Source: Gemmatimonadota bacterium
GTDB taxonomy: Bacteria; Gemmatimonadota; Gemmatimonadetes; Longimicrobiales; Gaopeijiaceae
NCBI GenBank assembly: GCA_034521595.1
Contig: JAXHMG010000003.1
Coordinates: 2,400,001 to 2,464,000, forward strand
Direction: 5' to 3'
Length of the DNA stretch: 64,000 nucleotides
Positions 9,042 to 18,940 of the stretch are shown one piece after another. The notes under the pieces were generated by a model. It was not told the DNA's origin. It saw nothing but the letters and a program-made list of their open reading frames with translations, and ran no database searches. The position numbers and the translations under genes are program-made. Positions within the stretch are counted from its first letter, which is position 1. The number at the start of each line of letters is the position of its first letter.

Positions 9042-12000
9042 TCAGGCGGAGGGCGTGGAAGGAACGGCCTGCTTGCGCTTGGCCAGGTAGTAGATGCCGG
9101 GCACGACGAGGAGCGTCAGCACGGTGGACGCGATCGCCCCCGTGATGAGGGCGACCGCGAGGCCCTGGAAAATCGGATCGAACAGGATCACGATCGCGCC
9201 GATGACGACGGTTCCGGCCGTGAGCGCGATGGGCCGGGTCCGCACAGCGCCCGCCTCGATGACGGCGTCCGCGAGTGGCACGCCAGCTCGCATCCGCGCC
9301 TCCAGGTAGTCGATGAGCAGGATACCGTTGCGGACCATGATGCCCGCGAGCGCGATCATTCCGATCATCGACGTGGCGGTGAAGAACGCACCGAACACCC
9401 AGTGCCCGGGCGCGATTCCGATCAGCGTCAACGGGATGGCCGCCATCATGACGAGCGGCGTCGAGAAGGAGCCGAACCACGCCACGATCAGGACATAGAT
9501 GAGCACCAGGGCGCCGGCGAAGGCGATCCCCAGATCCCGAAAGACCTCGTAGGTGATCTGCCACTCACCGTCCCACTTCATCACCGGACGCTCCGTCGAC
9601 ATCGGCTCGCGCGCGAACAGCCTGCCGAGTGACCCGCCGCCGGCGACCTCGATCGTGTCGAGCTCGTCTTCGAGGTCGAGAATCGCGTATACCGGACTCT
9701 CCGCTTCCCCCGCGACCTCGGCCGTCACGTACACGACCTGGCGGCCGTTCTTGCGGTCGATCACCTGCGGGGTCGTGCCCTCGACCGTGCGCACCAGCTC
9801 CGACACGGGAACCATGTTCCCCTGACGTGAGCCGAGTTGGATCCTGGACAAGCGGTCGACCCCCGAGCGGTCGGCCTCGGCGAGCCGCACGCGGATAGGC
9901 ACGGACGTCCGTGCTTCGGGCACGGACAGGTAGGTCGGCACGTCGCCGGAAAGCGCCATCCGGACGGCGCCGACTACCTGCTCCTTGGCCACGCCCGAAA
10001 GCGCCGCTTTCTCGGCATCGACCTCGAGCCTCACCTCACGCTGCGGCGCGGTGAGCGACCAGTCGACGTCCACCACGCTCGGATGCGCCTCGAAGCGGCG
10101 CATCACCTCACGGGCCACGCGCTCCCGCTCGCTCGCATCGTCTCCGTAGATCTCGGCGACCAACGTCGAGAGCACGGGCGGTCCGGGCGGGACCTCCACG
10201 ACCTTCGCGCTCGCGTCCGTGCCGGATGCCGCGACGATCTCCTCGACCAGGGGCCGCAGCGCCCGCGCCACGTCATGACTCTGCGCCGACCGGTCCGACT
10301 TGTCGACGAGGTTCACCTGCAAATCCGCCACGTTCGCGCCCGAACGGAGATAATAGTGGCGGATCATTCCGTTGAAGTTGAACGGCGCGGCCGTGCCCGC
10401 GTAGAGCTGCACGTCCGCGACCTCGGGCACCTCGCCGACGGCCCGGCCCACGTCCTGCGCGAGCGCGAGGGTGGCTTCGAGCGGCGTACCCTCGGGCATG
10501 TCGAAGATGACCTGCAGCTCGTTCTTGTCGTCGAACGGCAGCATCTTCATGGTCACGGAGCGCGTGAGGAACATGCTGCCCGCGCCCACGAGCAGCACGC
10601 CGATCACGCCGAGCGCGGCCCACATCCTCGCGGGCTTCTCGATGAGCGGCCGCATGAGCTTCGCGTAGGTCCGGTAGATCTTCGTGCGCTCGAGCACGTA
10701 CGCCTCCCCTTCGTCCTCTTCCTCGTCGTGTCCCCGGCGGAGGAGACGAAAGGCGAGCCAGGGCGTGATCATGAGCGCGACGGCCAGGCTGAAGAGCATC
10801 GCCACCGTAGCGCCGATGGGCATCGGGCTCATGTACGGCCCCATCAACCCGCCGACGAACAGCATGGGCAGAACCGCCGCGATGACGGTCAGCGTCGCGA
10901 GGATCGTCGGGTTGCCGACCTCGTCCACGGCAGCGCGGGCCGCGGCCTTGAGTGGCCGGTCCCGCATGGAGAAGTGCCGCTCCATGTTCTCGGCGACGAT
11001 GATCGAGTCGTCGATCACGATGCCGGTCACGAAGATGAGTGCGAACAGCGTGACGCGGTTCAACGTGTATCCGAAGATCTGGTACACGAACAGCGTCAGC
11101 GCGAAGGTCACCGGCACGGCGACCATCACGACCACCGCGCTTCTCCAGCCCATCGTGAGCAGGATGACGAATCCGACGGCGAGCACGGCCATCGCGAGGT
11201 GCTCCTGGAGCGTCACCACCTTGTGGCGGGCCGTCTCACCGTAGTTCCGGCTGACCTCCACGGAGACGTCGGCCGGTACGATGCGCCCGTGCGCCTGGTC
11301 CAGCCGCTGTTCGAGCACACGCCCGAGCGCGGTCGCGTCGGCGCCCGAACGTTTCGACACCGCCACGGACACCATGGAAGCCCAGGACGCTCCACCCTCG
11401 GCGTGTTGCGTATACGACGTGACCTCGGCCGGGCCGTCGACGACCCGCGCGACATCTCGCACCTGCACCAGGCTCCCGTCCCGGACGTCCAGCACCACCC
11501 GCTCCACATCCGCGGCGCTCGCGAGGAATCCCCCCGTCGTCACCCGCACGACCTCGTCATTTCGGGTGTACGCACCGGCCTGCAGCTCGGCGTTCACCGC
11601 CCGGAGGCGCTCAGCGACATGGAGCGGATCCACCCCGTACAGCGCCAAGCGCTCGGGATCGAGCTCGACGCGCACTTCACGCGTCTGCCCACCGATGACG
11701 TCGACGTCCCGCACCTCCGGGACGGCCTCGAGATCGACACGTAGCTCGTCGGCCACCGACCGCAGCTCGGCGCCGTCGAGGTTCCCGCCGTGCAAGGTGG
11801 CCGTGAAGAACGGCACGTCGTCGATGGTGACCGTCTTCACCAGGGGCAAGCCGAGCTCCCGCGGCATGCGGTCCGCGTTCTTCATCAACGTGCTGTGAAG
11901 TCGAACGAGGCTCTCCTCCATGTCGCGTCCGACCTCGTACCGCACCGTCGCCAGGCCAAAGCCCGGCTCGGCGTGCGTGTAGACGTATTCGACGCCTTCG

Positions 12001-12236
12001 ATGCCGGAGAGCACGTTCTCCAGCGGCACGAGCGTCCGGTTTTCCACTTCAGTGGGCGACGCGCCCGGCATCGGGAGGTAGATGTCGGCCAGCGGCACGA
12101 TGATCTGTGGCTCTTCTTCCGACGCCATCGTGCCGAGCGTCCAGGCGCCCACCCCCAGAGCCGCCGCCATGAGCAACGGCGTGAGCTTGGATTCCATGAA
12201 GGCACCGGCGAGGCGTCCAGCAATGTTCTGTTTCAT
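9042..12236 (-). CDS. RND efflux permease (AcrB/CusA superfamily)
   Basis: 1064 aa; EEEPQIIVP, GIVIDDSIIVAEN, VRNGILLID, RTRPIALT. Confidence 0.95.
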   Translation of the reverse strand: MKQNIAGRLAGAFMESKLTPLLMAAALGVGAWTLGTMASEEEPQIIVPLADIYLPMPGASPTEVENRTLVPLENVLSGIEGVEYVYTHAEPGFGLATVRYEVGRDMEESLVRLHSTLMKNADRMPRELGLPLVKTVTIDDVPFFTATLHGGNLDGAELRSVADELRVDLEAVPEVRDVDVIGGQTREVRVELDPERLALYGVDPLHVAERLRAVNAELQAGAYTRNDEVVRVTTGGFLASAADVERVVLDVRDGSLVQVRDVARVVDGPAEVTSYTQHAEGGASWASMVSVAVSKRSGADATALGRVLEQRLDQAHGRIVPADVSVEVSRNYGETARHKVVTLQEHLAMAVLAVGFVILLTMGWRSAVVVMVAVPVTFALTLFVYQIFGYTLNRVTLFALIFVTGIVIDDSIIVAENMERHFSMRDRPLKAAARAAVDEVGNPTILATLTVIAAVLPMLFVGGLMGPYMSPMPIGATVAMLFSLAVALMITPWLAFRLLRRGHDEEEDEGEAYVLERTKIYRTYAKLMRPLIEKPARMWAALGVIGVLLVGAGSMFLTRSVTMKMLPFDDKNELQVIFDMPEGTPLEATLALAQDVGRAVGEVPEVADVQLYAGTAAPFNFNGMIRHYYLRSGANVADLQVNLVDKSDRSAQSHDVARALRPLVEEIVAASGTDASAKVVEVPPGPPVLSTLVAEIYGDDASERERVAREVMRRFEAHPSVVDVDWSLTAPQREVRLEVDAEKAALSGVAKEQVVGAVRMALSGDVPTYLSVPEARTSVPIRVRLAEADRSGVDRLSRIQLGSRQGNMVPVSELVRTVEGTTPQVIDRKNGRQVVYVTAEVAGEAESPVYAILDLEDELDTIEVAGGGSLGRLFAREPMSTERPVMKWDGEWQITYEVFRDLGIAFAGALVLIYVLIVAWFGSFSTPLVMMAAIPLTLIGIAPGHWVFGAFFTATSMIGMIALAGIMVRNGILLIDYLEARMRAGVPLADAVIEAGAVRTRPIALTAGTVVIGAIVILFDPIFQGLAVALITGAIASTVLTLLVVPGIYYLAKRKQAVPSTPSA

Positions 12237-13291
12237 CGGTCATCCCCCTCGGTCGCGACGCGGGGAGACCACCCTTCCTCCCGCACGCTTCCCACCGGCA
12301 ATCCGTCACGGAGAGAGACATCGGGACGGCGCACGATGCTCGGAGCGCCCCCCGGGCCGGACAGCAGCTCCACCGCGTCCGCACGCCGGAGCCCGAGCCG
12401 CACCCAACGCAGCCGGATGACATCGTCCTCGACGACGAAGATTCCCCGGAGCTGCCCGCGCTCGACCACCGCGTCGGCCGGGATCCAGCGCGACGGAGAG
12501 CCGTCGACGGGCACGCTCAAGCGTGCATACGCACCGGGATATGCCCCTTCGAGGGGCTCCGTCGGCGCCACTTCCACTCGGAAGGTCCTTGCCCCTTCTC
12601 CAACCGTCGGGCCGACCCGCGTGACCGTCGCCGCCGCCGGATCGGCCACACCGTCCACCTGGACCTCGACCGCCGACCCTTCGCTCAACGTCCCCATCAG
12701 GTACGCCGGAAGGTCCGCGACGACCTCGATCCGGGCCGGGTCGATCAGGGACAGGAGGGGCACGCCCGGATTCGCCAAGTCACCGGCATCGATCCGCCGG
12801 GCGGTCACGACCCCCTCGAACGGCGCCCGCACCACGGCGTAGGACTTCTGCGCTTCGGCTTCAGCGAGTGCCGAGCGGGCTCCTTCGAGCGCGGCCGCGC
12901 TTCGGTCGAGCTCTTGGGTCGATGCAGCCCCGTTCGCGTGCAGGCGCTCGATCCGTCCATGCTCCTTCTCGGCCAGCGCGTATTGGGCCTGCGCCGCCTC
13001 GATCCGAGCGACGATGTCCTCGTCGTCGAGCGAGATCAGCCGATCACCGGCGCGGACCACGCTCCCGATGTCGACATGAACCTCGCGCACGGTTCCGCTC
13101 ATGCGGGTGGCGATATCCACGGATCGGTCGGATCCGACTTCCGCCGCATGGCTCGCCACGGACGGAGCCCGCACCGGCTCCGTCACGACGACATCGACGG
13201 CGTCACCGGTCGTCTCCACCCGCCCGGGCTCCTCGGCGCCGCAAGCCGCGACGCCGAGTGCGAGCGTCGTGAGGATCAGTTGGGTCTTCAT
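12233..13291 (-). CDS. RND periplasmic adaptor subunit (lipoprotein)
   Basis: Lipobox VAAC; lipoyl half-motifs SGTVREVHVDIGSVVRAGD and RAPFEGVV flank a helical hairpin. Confidence 0.93.
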   Translation of the reverse strand: MKTQLILTTLALGVAACGAEEPGRVETTGDAVDVVVTEPVRAPSVASHAAEVGSDRSVDIATRMSGTVREVHVDIGSVVRAGDRLISLDDEDIVARIEAAQAQYALAEKEHGRIERLHANGAASTQELDRSAAALEGARSALAEAEAQKSYAVVRAPFEGVVTARRIDAGDLANPGVPLLSLIDPARIEVVADLPAYLMGTLSEGSAVEVQVDGVADPAAATVTRVGPTVGEGARTFRVEVAPTEPLEGAYPGAYARLSVPVDGSPSRWIPADAVVERGQLRGIFVVEDDVIRLRWVRLGLRRADAVELLSGPGGAPSIVRRPDVSLRDGLPVGSVREEGWSPRVATEGDDR

Positions 13292-14616
13292 CGGTTCGCT
13301 CCTTCGGAGGAATGGTCGAGTCTCGGATCGTCGAGCAGCAGCAGACGAGCCCGTGCCACGCGGTGGGCGAGCCGCGCCTGCACGGCCGCGTTCGTGAATC
13401 GAAGCGCAGCGGCTTCGGCGGCGAGGAGCTCCGCGGTGGTCGCGAGCCCCTCGTCGTAGCGCAGCCTCAGGAGACGTGCGGCCTCCTCAGCCGCCTCCGC
13501 GCTCGCCTCCGCCGCCAGGGCGGCACGCCTGCGGCTCTCCGCCCCGCGACGGGCCTCGGACAACGTCGTGCGGGCCTCGTCCACCAGGCGGTCGTGCTCC
13601 AGGGTTGCGGCCGTAAGCTCGGCCCGAGCGGCTTCCTTCCGTGCCCCGAGCTCGAAACCCGTGAACAGGGGCACGCTAACCCGCAGCCCGACCGTCCAGC
13701 TGTCGCCGTGGGCGTCGAACGCCTCGTCGCTATGCGCCTCGACCCTCGCGAAGCCTTCGAGTCGAGGGAGGCGGGCCCGACTCGCCCGACTGACCGTGGC
13801 CGAGGCCGCTTCGACCTGCGCCTCGGAAGCGGCGAGGTCGGCCCTGGCTGACGAGGTGGAGCCGACCGGTGCGTCCGCCGAGAGCGTCGTCGACGCGCTC
13901 GCGGGCACGGGCACGACGTCCACGGGCCAACCCAGAGCCAGGCCGAGCCGCCCCCTAGCGTCCGCCACGCCCTGTTCGGCTTTGATGCCTCGAGCCCTCG
14001 CATCTTCCAGAGCGGCTCGGGCCTGCAGCACATCGGCTTCGGTCGCCGCCCCCTCGCCCGCACGCTCCTCGACCAAACGGAGGTTCTCTTCCGCCGCCTC
14101 GAGCGCCGCGTTGGCGGACTCCAAGAGGAGCTCCGCGCTCGCGGCCTCGAGGTAGCGTACCTCGGCCTGGTATCCGGCGACGGTACGCGCCCACTCGGAT
14201 CCGAGCCGCGCGGCTTCGGCCCCGGCGCGGGCCGCATCGAGCGCGGCGTCACGGGAGAAGTCGATCGGCGCCCAGGAGAGCGCGACGGCGGCGTTCAGGT
14301 CGGTCAGCGCATCCGGGCCGTTGAGCGCGGCCGGATCGAAATCCGCCTCGGTAAACCGGCCCTGCCGCAGGCGCCCACCGAATGCCGCCACCGGATCGTT
14401 CGAGGTGACCACACCGGCTTCGAGGCCCAGGCTGGGCCACCGGCTGGCTCCCATGACCGTGACCTGCTCCCGCGCCCCGACCGCACGCGCTTGCGTGATC
14501 GCCACATTCGGGTTGTTCTCGCGCGCTTCCGCCACCGCCTCGGCCAGAGTCAGGCTCCGGAGCTCCTGACCCGCGGCGGGATGGGCACTCAAGCCGAGCA
14601 ACAGCAGAAGCGTCAT
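13288..14616 (-). CDS. TolC family outer-membrane efflux protein
   Basis: Signal peptide; LTLAEAVAEARENNP, VSVPLFTGF, RYDEGLAT; ATG at 14616 has GAGGG RBS (alternative start 14637). Confidence 0.92.
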   Translation of the reverse strand: MTLLLLLGLSAHPAAGQELRSLTLAEAVAEARENNPNVAITQARAVGAREQVTVMGASRWPSLGLEAGVVTSNDPVAAFGGRLRQGRFTEADFDPAALNGPDALTDLNAAVALSWAPIDFSRDAALDAARAGAEAARLGSEWARTVAGYQAEVRYLEAASAELLLESANAALEAAEENLRLVEERAGEGAATEADVLQARAALEDARARGIKAEQGVADARGRLGLALGWPVDVVPVPASASTTLSADAPVGSTSSARADLAASEAQVEAASATVSRASRARLPRLEGFARVEAHSDEAFDAHGDSWTVGLRVSVPLFTGFELGARKEAARAELTAATLEHDRLVDEARTTLSEARRGAESRRRAALAAEASAEAAEEAARLLRLRYDEGLATTAELLAAEAAALRFTNAAVQARLAHRVARARLLLLDDPRLDHSSEGANR

Positions 14617-14626
14617 CGACCCTCGT

Positions 14627-14660
14627 TGTATTAGCATATCCCTATACCCATATATAGTGA
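14627..14660 (-). promoter_or_regulatory. AT-rich putative promoter/ArsR operator upstream of tolC
   Basis: TGTATTAGCATATCCCTATACCCATATATAG is anomalously AT-rich and shares ATATATAG with the arsR upstream region. Confidence 0.45.
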
Positions 14661-14685
14661 GTCGAAGAAGAAGGGCTCCCCGGCA

Positions 14686-14991
14686 TCAGCACACGGACTC
14701 TCGCACGCAGGCGAGCACCTTGAGCGCCCGATCGTCACCGATGCGGTACAGAACGTGAGCGCCGTCCTTTCGGAATTCCAAGATCCCCTTGTCCCGCATC
14801 GTCGTGAGGTGCTGGGACGCTACGGCCTGTGCGATCTCGAGGGCCTCGTGGATCTCGGTAACGGTCGCTTCGCCCTCGCGCTCGAGAACGTCGAGAATGC
14901 GCAACCTGAGCGGATGACCCAGACACTTGAGGACGCGGGCAGTGCTGTCCACGCCTCCCTGGTCGAACAATTGACGTCGCGCTGTCGCCAT
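14686..14991 (-). CDS. ArsR/SmtB family transcriptional repressor
   Basis: LKCLGHPLRLRIL, ASQHLTTMRDKGIL, winged HTH; Cys23, Cys95, Cys101. Confidence 0.93.
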   Translation of the reverse strand: MATARRQLFDQGGVDSTARVLKCLGHPLRLRILDVLEREGEATVTEIHEALEIAQAVASQHLTTMRDKGILEFRKDGAHVLYRIGDDRALKVLACVRESVC

Positions 14992-15000
14992 GGCTCCTCC

Positions 15001-15046
15001 GATGTTATGGACATCTGTATATATAGATAATCATATGTCTTGTCAA
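15001..15046 (-). promoter_or_regulatory. sigma70-type promoter and probable operator of arsR
   Basis: Minus strand TTGACA (15041-15046), 17 bp, TATATA; inverted repeat GATGT-N5-ACATC at 15001-15015. Confidence 0.6.
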
Positions 15047-15094
15047 CAGAACCCCATGCCCATTCATGCCTGCGGGAACTCGATCCGGTGAGCC

Positions 15095-15925
15095 TCAGTT
15101 CGTGCGGTGGCGCTTCGAAACCTCGTCGAGCAGTGCCCGCTCTTCACTGGTCAGCGACGACATGCCCTCCGCCGAGATCTTGTCCAGAACCGCGTCGACC
15201 TGGTCGTAGAGTCGCAGATCCTCCTTCGTCGACCGGGGTGAACGCTTCCTCGGGCCCGTGTCGTCCTCCTCGTCGTGCGGCACGATCGCGAGCCGATGGG
15301 ACGGTCCGGCGGCCTTGCGCAACCGTTCGAGCTGTTGTCGTGGCCGCCAATCCGCCTTCAGATAAAGAAAACCGGCAGCCAGCCCCCCGAGGTGCGCGAA
15401 GTGCGCGACGCCGTCGCTCGAGCCCTGAACGGCGCTCAACACGCTCACCACGAACAGGAAGCCGATCAAGTACTTGGCTTGCACCGGGAAGATGCCCCAG
15501 ACATAGATCGGGACGTTCGGCCAGTTCATGGCGAACGCGAGCATCACCCCATAGACGGCCGCCGATGCACCAACGACCCAGGCAGGCAGGAACAGATAGC
15601 TCAGAGCGACGCCACCCAGCCCACAGACCAAGTAGAATTTCAAGAACTCCCGCTCGCCCCAGCCGGCCTCCAGTGGGGGACCGAAGAAGAACAACATCAA
15701 CATGTTCACCGCCAGGTGCATCAGACCGGCGTGCAGGAACATGTAGGTGACGGGCCCCCACGGGCGGAGCACGATGCGTGTCGGCTGAAAGGCGAACCAC
15801 TCGAAGATGAACTCGCGTCCCACGAGGAGCGTCACCGCGAACACGATCACATTGGCAATCAGGAGCCGCTTCACCATGGGGGTGAGGCCGAAACCGGCTC
15901 CGAAGCTCCTGAATGCGTACGCCAT
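15095..15925 (-). CDS. Rhomboid family intramembrane serine protease
   Basis: TYMFLHAG..HLAVNM, GASAAVYG (Ser), AHFAHLGG (His); C-terminal DAVLDKISAEGMSSLT domain. Confidence 0.92.
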   Translation of the reverse strand: MAYAFRSFGAGFGLTPMVKRLLIANVIVFAVTLLVGREFIFEWFAFQPTRIVLRPWGPVTYMFLHAGLMHLAVNMLMLFFFGPPLEAGWGEREFLKFYLVCGLGGVALSYLFLPAWVVGASAAVYGVMLAFAMNWPNVPIYVWGIFPVQAKYLIGFLFVVSVLSAVQGSSDGVAHFAHLGGLAAGFLYLKADWRPRQQLERLRKAAGPSHRLAIVPHDEEDDTGPRKRSPRSTKEDLRLYDQVDAVLDKISAEGMSSLTSEERALLDEVSKRHRTN

Positions 15926-15957
15926 TCCTCTTATCGACTCGATCTGGGTGGGGGAGC

Positions 15958-17019
15958 CTATCGAACCCCCGGCTCGTGACCAGGTTCCTGCACCGTCCGC
16001 CGCTGCCCTCTTCGAGCCGCCGACTCGACGAGCGTCGCGCACAGATCGGGAAAATCGACGCCCGCCGCCCTTGCCGCTCGCGGGAGAAGGCTGTTCGCCG
16101 TCATCCCCGGAAGCGCGTTCGCCTCGAGGCACCACGGCTCGCCATCGGCGTCGACGATGAAGTCGATCCGGGAGTAGTCGCGCATGCGAAGCGCCCGATG
16201 CACCCGAAGGGCCAACTCCTGGAGGCGCTCACTCCAATCCGCGGGGATGTCGGCCGGGAAGATCTCGTCCGCCATCCCCGACTGGTATTTGCACTCGTAA
16301 TCGAAGATCTCGTTCCGCGGCACGATCTCGCCCACCGGGTAGGCACGGCCTCCCACGATCCCCACGGTCAGCTCACGTCCCGCATGATAACGTTCGAAGA
16401 GCACGGCGTCGTGCCACGTGCTACTCTCGCCGATCGCCCTCTCGAGCTCGGGGCGATCGTGCGCCAGGACGAGCCGAAGGGATGACCCCCCTCCGGAGGC
16501 CTTCACGATGACGGGCAAGCCCAAGGCCCGCTCGATATCGGCGGCGTCGGGCATCGCTCCATCCACGTCCACGGCCCGCCAGTCGGGCGTGGGCACGCCG
16601 CAGTCACGGAGCAGGCGCTTCGTCACTTCCTTGTCCATCGCCAGCGAGCAGCCGAGTCGGTCACTCCCGGTGTACGCGACACCGGCGACCTCGAGCAACG
16701 CCTGGATCGTCCCATCTTCGCCGTGCCCGCCGTGCAACGCGACGAAGAACACGTCGACGTCCGCGAGCTCCGGCGAGCGCGTGAGCTCGATCGTGGCCCC
16801 TTCGTCCATCCAGGCGAGCTCGTCGAGGGACGGTGGCAGGGCGCTCACCCCCCGCTCGTGGAGAGCTCGTTCGTGCTCCGGAGGGAGCACACCGCTCACG
16901 GTATCCACCGCCATGACCTCGTAGCCCGCGGTACGGAGCGCGGAAGCGATCTGGACACCGGACGCGAGCGACACCTCACGCTCGTCGGACGTCCCCCCCA
17001 TCAACACGGCGACCTTCAT
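15958..17019 (-). CDS. ddl: D-alanine--D-alanine ligase
   Basis: GGTSDEREVSLASG, LHGGHGEDG, FDYECKY, RIDF, LEANALPGMT. Confidence 0.95.
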   Translation of the reverse strand: MKVAVLMGGTSDEREVSLASGVQIASALRTAGYEVMAVDTVSGVLPPEHERALHERGVSALPPSLDELAWMDEGATIELTRSPELADVDVFFVALHGGHGEDGTIQALLEVAGVAYTGSDRLGCSLAMDKEVTKRLLRDCGVPTPDWRAVDVDGAMPDAADIERALGLPVIVKASGGGSSLRLVLAHDRPELERAIGESSTWHDAVLFERYHAGRELTVGIVGGRAYPVGEIVPRNEIFDYECKYQSGMADEIFPADIPADWSERLQELALRVHRALRMRDYSRIDFIVDADGEPWCLEANALPGMTANSLLPRAARAAGVDFPDLCATLVESAARRGQRRTVQEPGHEPGVR

Positions 17020-18401
17020 TCGGTAAGCGTCCTCACCAGATCGTAGCGCGTGATGATCCCGGTGATCCGTCCCTCGTCACGCACCAGGCAGGCCGCGTTC
17101 TCCCGCGTGAGCAGCCCGCGCACCTCGCTCGAATCGGTGTATGCGTCCACGGCAGGGAACGGAGGGCCCATGATGGTCTCGGTCGGCTTGTCGAGGATAT
17201 CCGGATCGGCGATGACCTCGCTCATCAGGATGGTTTCGGTGACCGATCCCACGCAATCTCCGTTCCGGACCACGGGGAGCTGCCCGATGTCGTGCGTCGT
17301 GATGGCGGCGAGCGCGTGACGGATAGGCGTCTCCGGCTCCACGGAAACCACGTGTCCGACCCCGCCTTCCTTCGCGCGCAGGACCTCGCCGACGCTGAAG
17401 TGTCGCGGCCGCTCCAGGAAGCCGTGCTCGCGCATCCAGTCGTCGTCGTACACCTTGCTCAGATACCGCTCACCCCAGTCGCACACCAGAGACACCACGA
17501 AGGCGTCGGGATCATCGATCTCGGCAGCGACATCGACGGCTCCCTGGACCAGCATCCCCGCCGATCCGCCGGCGAACATGCCTTCTTCCCGCGTCAAGCG
17601 ACGCGCCATCCGAAACGCGACGCCGTCCGCCATCGTCCGGAACTCGTCCACCACGTTCAGATCCAGCGTCCCGGGGACCTTGTCGTTTCCGATCCCCTCC
17701 ACCTTGTAGGGGTGTCCCTCGATCTTCTCGCCCGTGTTGAAGTACGGCGCGACCATCGAGCCTTCCGGATCGATGCCGATGATGCGCACGTCGGGGTTCT
17801 TCTCTTTCAGGTAGCGCCCGACGCCGGTGATCGTCCCTCCGGTGCCCGCGGAGGCCACGAAATGCGTGACCCGCCCTTCGCTCTGCTCCCAGATCTCCCG
17901 CCCGGTCGTTCGGTAGTGGGCCTCGGGATTGGCCGGGTTGTAGAACTGATCGGCCATCACCGCGCCCGGCGTCTCCTCGGCGATGGTCCGCGCGCGCTGT
18001 AGGTAGTGGTCGGGATGGTCCGACGAGACCGCCGTGGGCGTGATGATCACCTCCGCACCGAACGCCCGAAGGAGCTTGATCTTCTCTCCGCTCATCTTGT
18101 CGGGCATGGTGCAGATGCAACGGTAGCCTTTGAGCGACGCGGCCATCGCCAGAGCCAGCCCGGTGTTTCCGCCGGTTGCTTCCACGACGGTTCCGCCCGG
18201 TTTCAAGGTCCCCTCCCGCTCGGCCTGCTCGATCATGCTCAGCCCGATGCGGTCCTTGATGGACCCTCCCGGACTCATGAACTCACACTTCACGTACAGT
18301 GGTGTGCGCCCTTCGTCCGTGACTGCATGGAGGCGGACCATCGGAGTCGACCCGATCAGTTCGAGGATGCTGTCATAGGGGCGCGGGTGCCGCTCGGTCA
18401 T
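17016..18401 (-). CDS. Cystathionine beta-synthase (PLP domain plus C-terminal CBS pair)
   Basis: PGGSIKDRIG, GTGGTITG, YKVEGIG, DWGERYLSK; two CBS domains. Confidence 0.9.
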   Translation of the reverse strand: MTERHPRPYDSILELIGSTPMVRLHAVTDEGRTPLYVKCEFMSPGGSIKDRIGLSMIEQAEREGTLKPGGTVVEATGGNTGLALAMAASLKGYRCICTMPDKMSGEKIKLLRAFGAEVIITPTAVSSDHPDHYLQRARTIAEETPGAVMADQFYNPANPEAHYRTTGREIWEQSEGRVTHFVASAGTGGTITGVGRYLKEKNPDVRIIGIDPEGSMVAPYFNTGEKIEGHPYKVEGIGNDKVPGTLDLNVVDEFRTMADGVAFRMARRLTREEGMFAGGSAGMLVQGAVDVAAEIDDPDAFVVSLVCDWGERYLSKVYDDDWMREHGFLERPRHFSVGEVLRAKEGGVGHVVSVEPETPIRHALAAITTHDIGQLPVVRNGDCVGSVTETILMSEVIADPDILDKPTETIMGPPFPAVDAYTDSSEVRGLLTRENAACLVRDEGRITGIITRYDLVRTLTE

Positions 18402-18535
18402 TCCGTCATGCTCCTTGTCGTGGCAGGCGTGTGCACCGGGTGTGGGTCTCGCGAAGACACCACATCGTGCGGATGGTAGGGCCACTCACCGGCCCGGACC
18501 AGGTCCGGAGCCGGCCTCTACCACGGGCTGCTGCG

Positions 18536-18940
18536 TCACAGGTCCAGGCGATCGCGCTGACGGAGCGTGTCGGGCGGCGGCTTCTTGGAGAAGTGCACCG
18601 GCACGCGGGCCCACACGCGAATGCGCTTGCCGTCCTTACGGGCCGGCTTGAACCGGAGGGACTTGGCACCGTCCACCGCGGCTGCGTCGAAGTCGCCGTG
18701 GCCGGAGGACTCCACGATCTCGACGCTGTCGACCGCACCGGTGTCGGTGACACGCACCCGGAGAAGAATCTCTCCCTCCATGTCCTGGTCCCAAAGGTGC
18801 AGAGGGTATTCGATGGGAACGTCACCGTACAACGGCGCCGGCTGCTCGATTTCCCCTTCGCCTCCACACCCGACCGCGCCGGCCGTCACGGCGAGCGCGA
18901 CGGCTGCGTCGACCGTTCGTGATCCTCTGCGTCGCGTCAC
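18536..18940 (-). CDS. TonB C-terminal domain protein (probable lipoprotein)
   Basis: YP...EGEILLRVRVTDTG, SSGHGDFDAAA, FKPARKDG; AVGC lipobox. Confidence 0.88.
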   Translation of the reverse strand: MTRRRGSRTVDAAVALAVTAGAVGCGGEGEIEQPAPLYGDVPIEYPLHLWDQDMEGEILLRVRVTDTGAVDSVEIVESSGHGDFDAAAVDGAKSLRFKPARKDGKRIRVWARVPVHFSKKPPPDTLRQRDRLDL

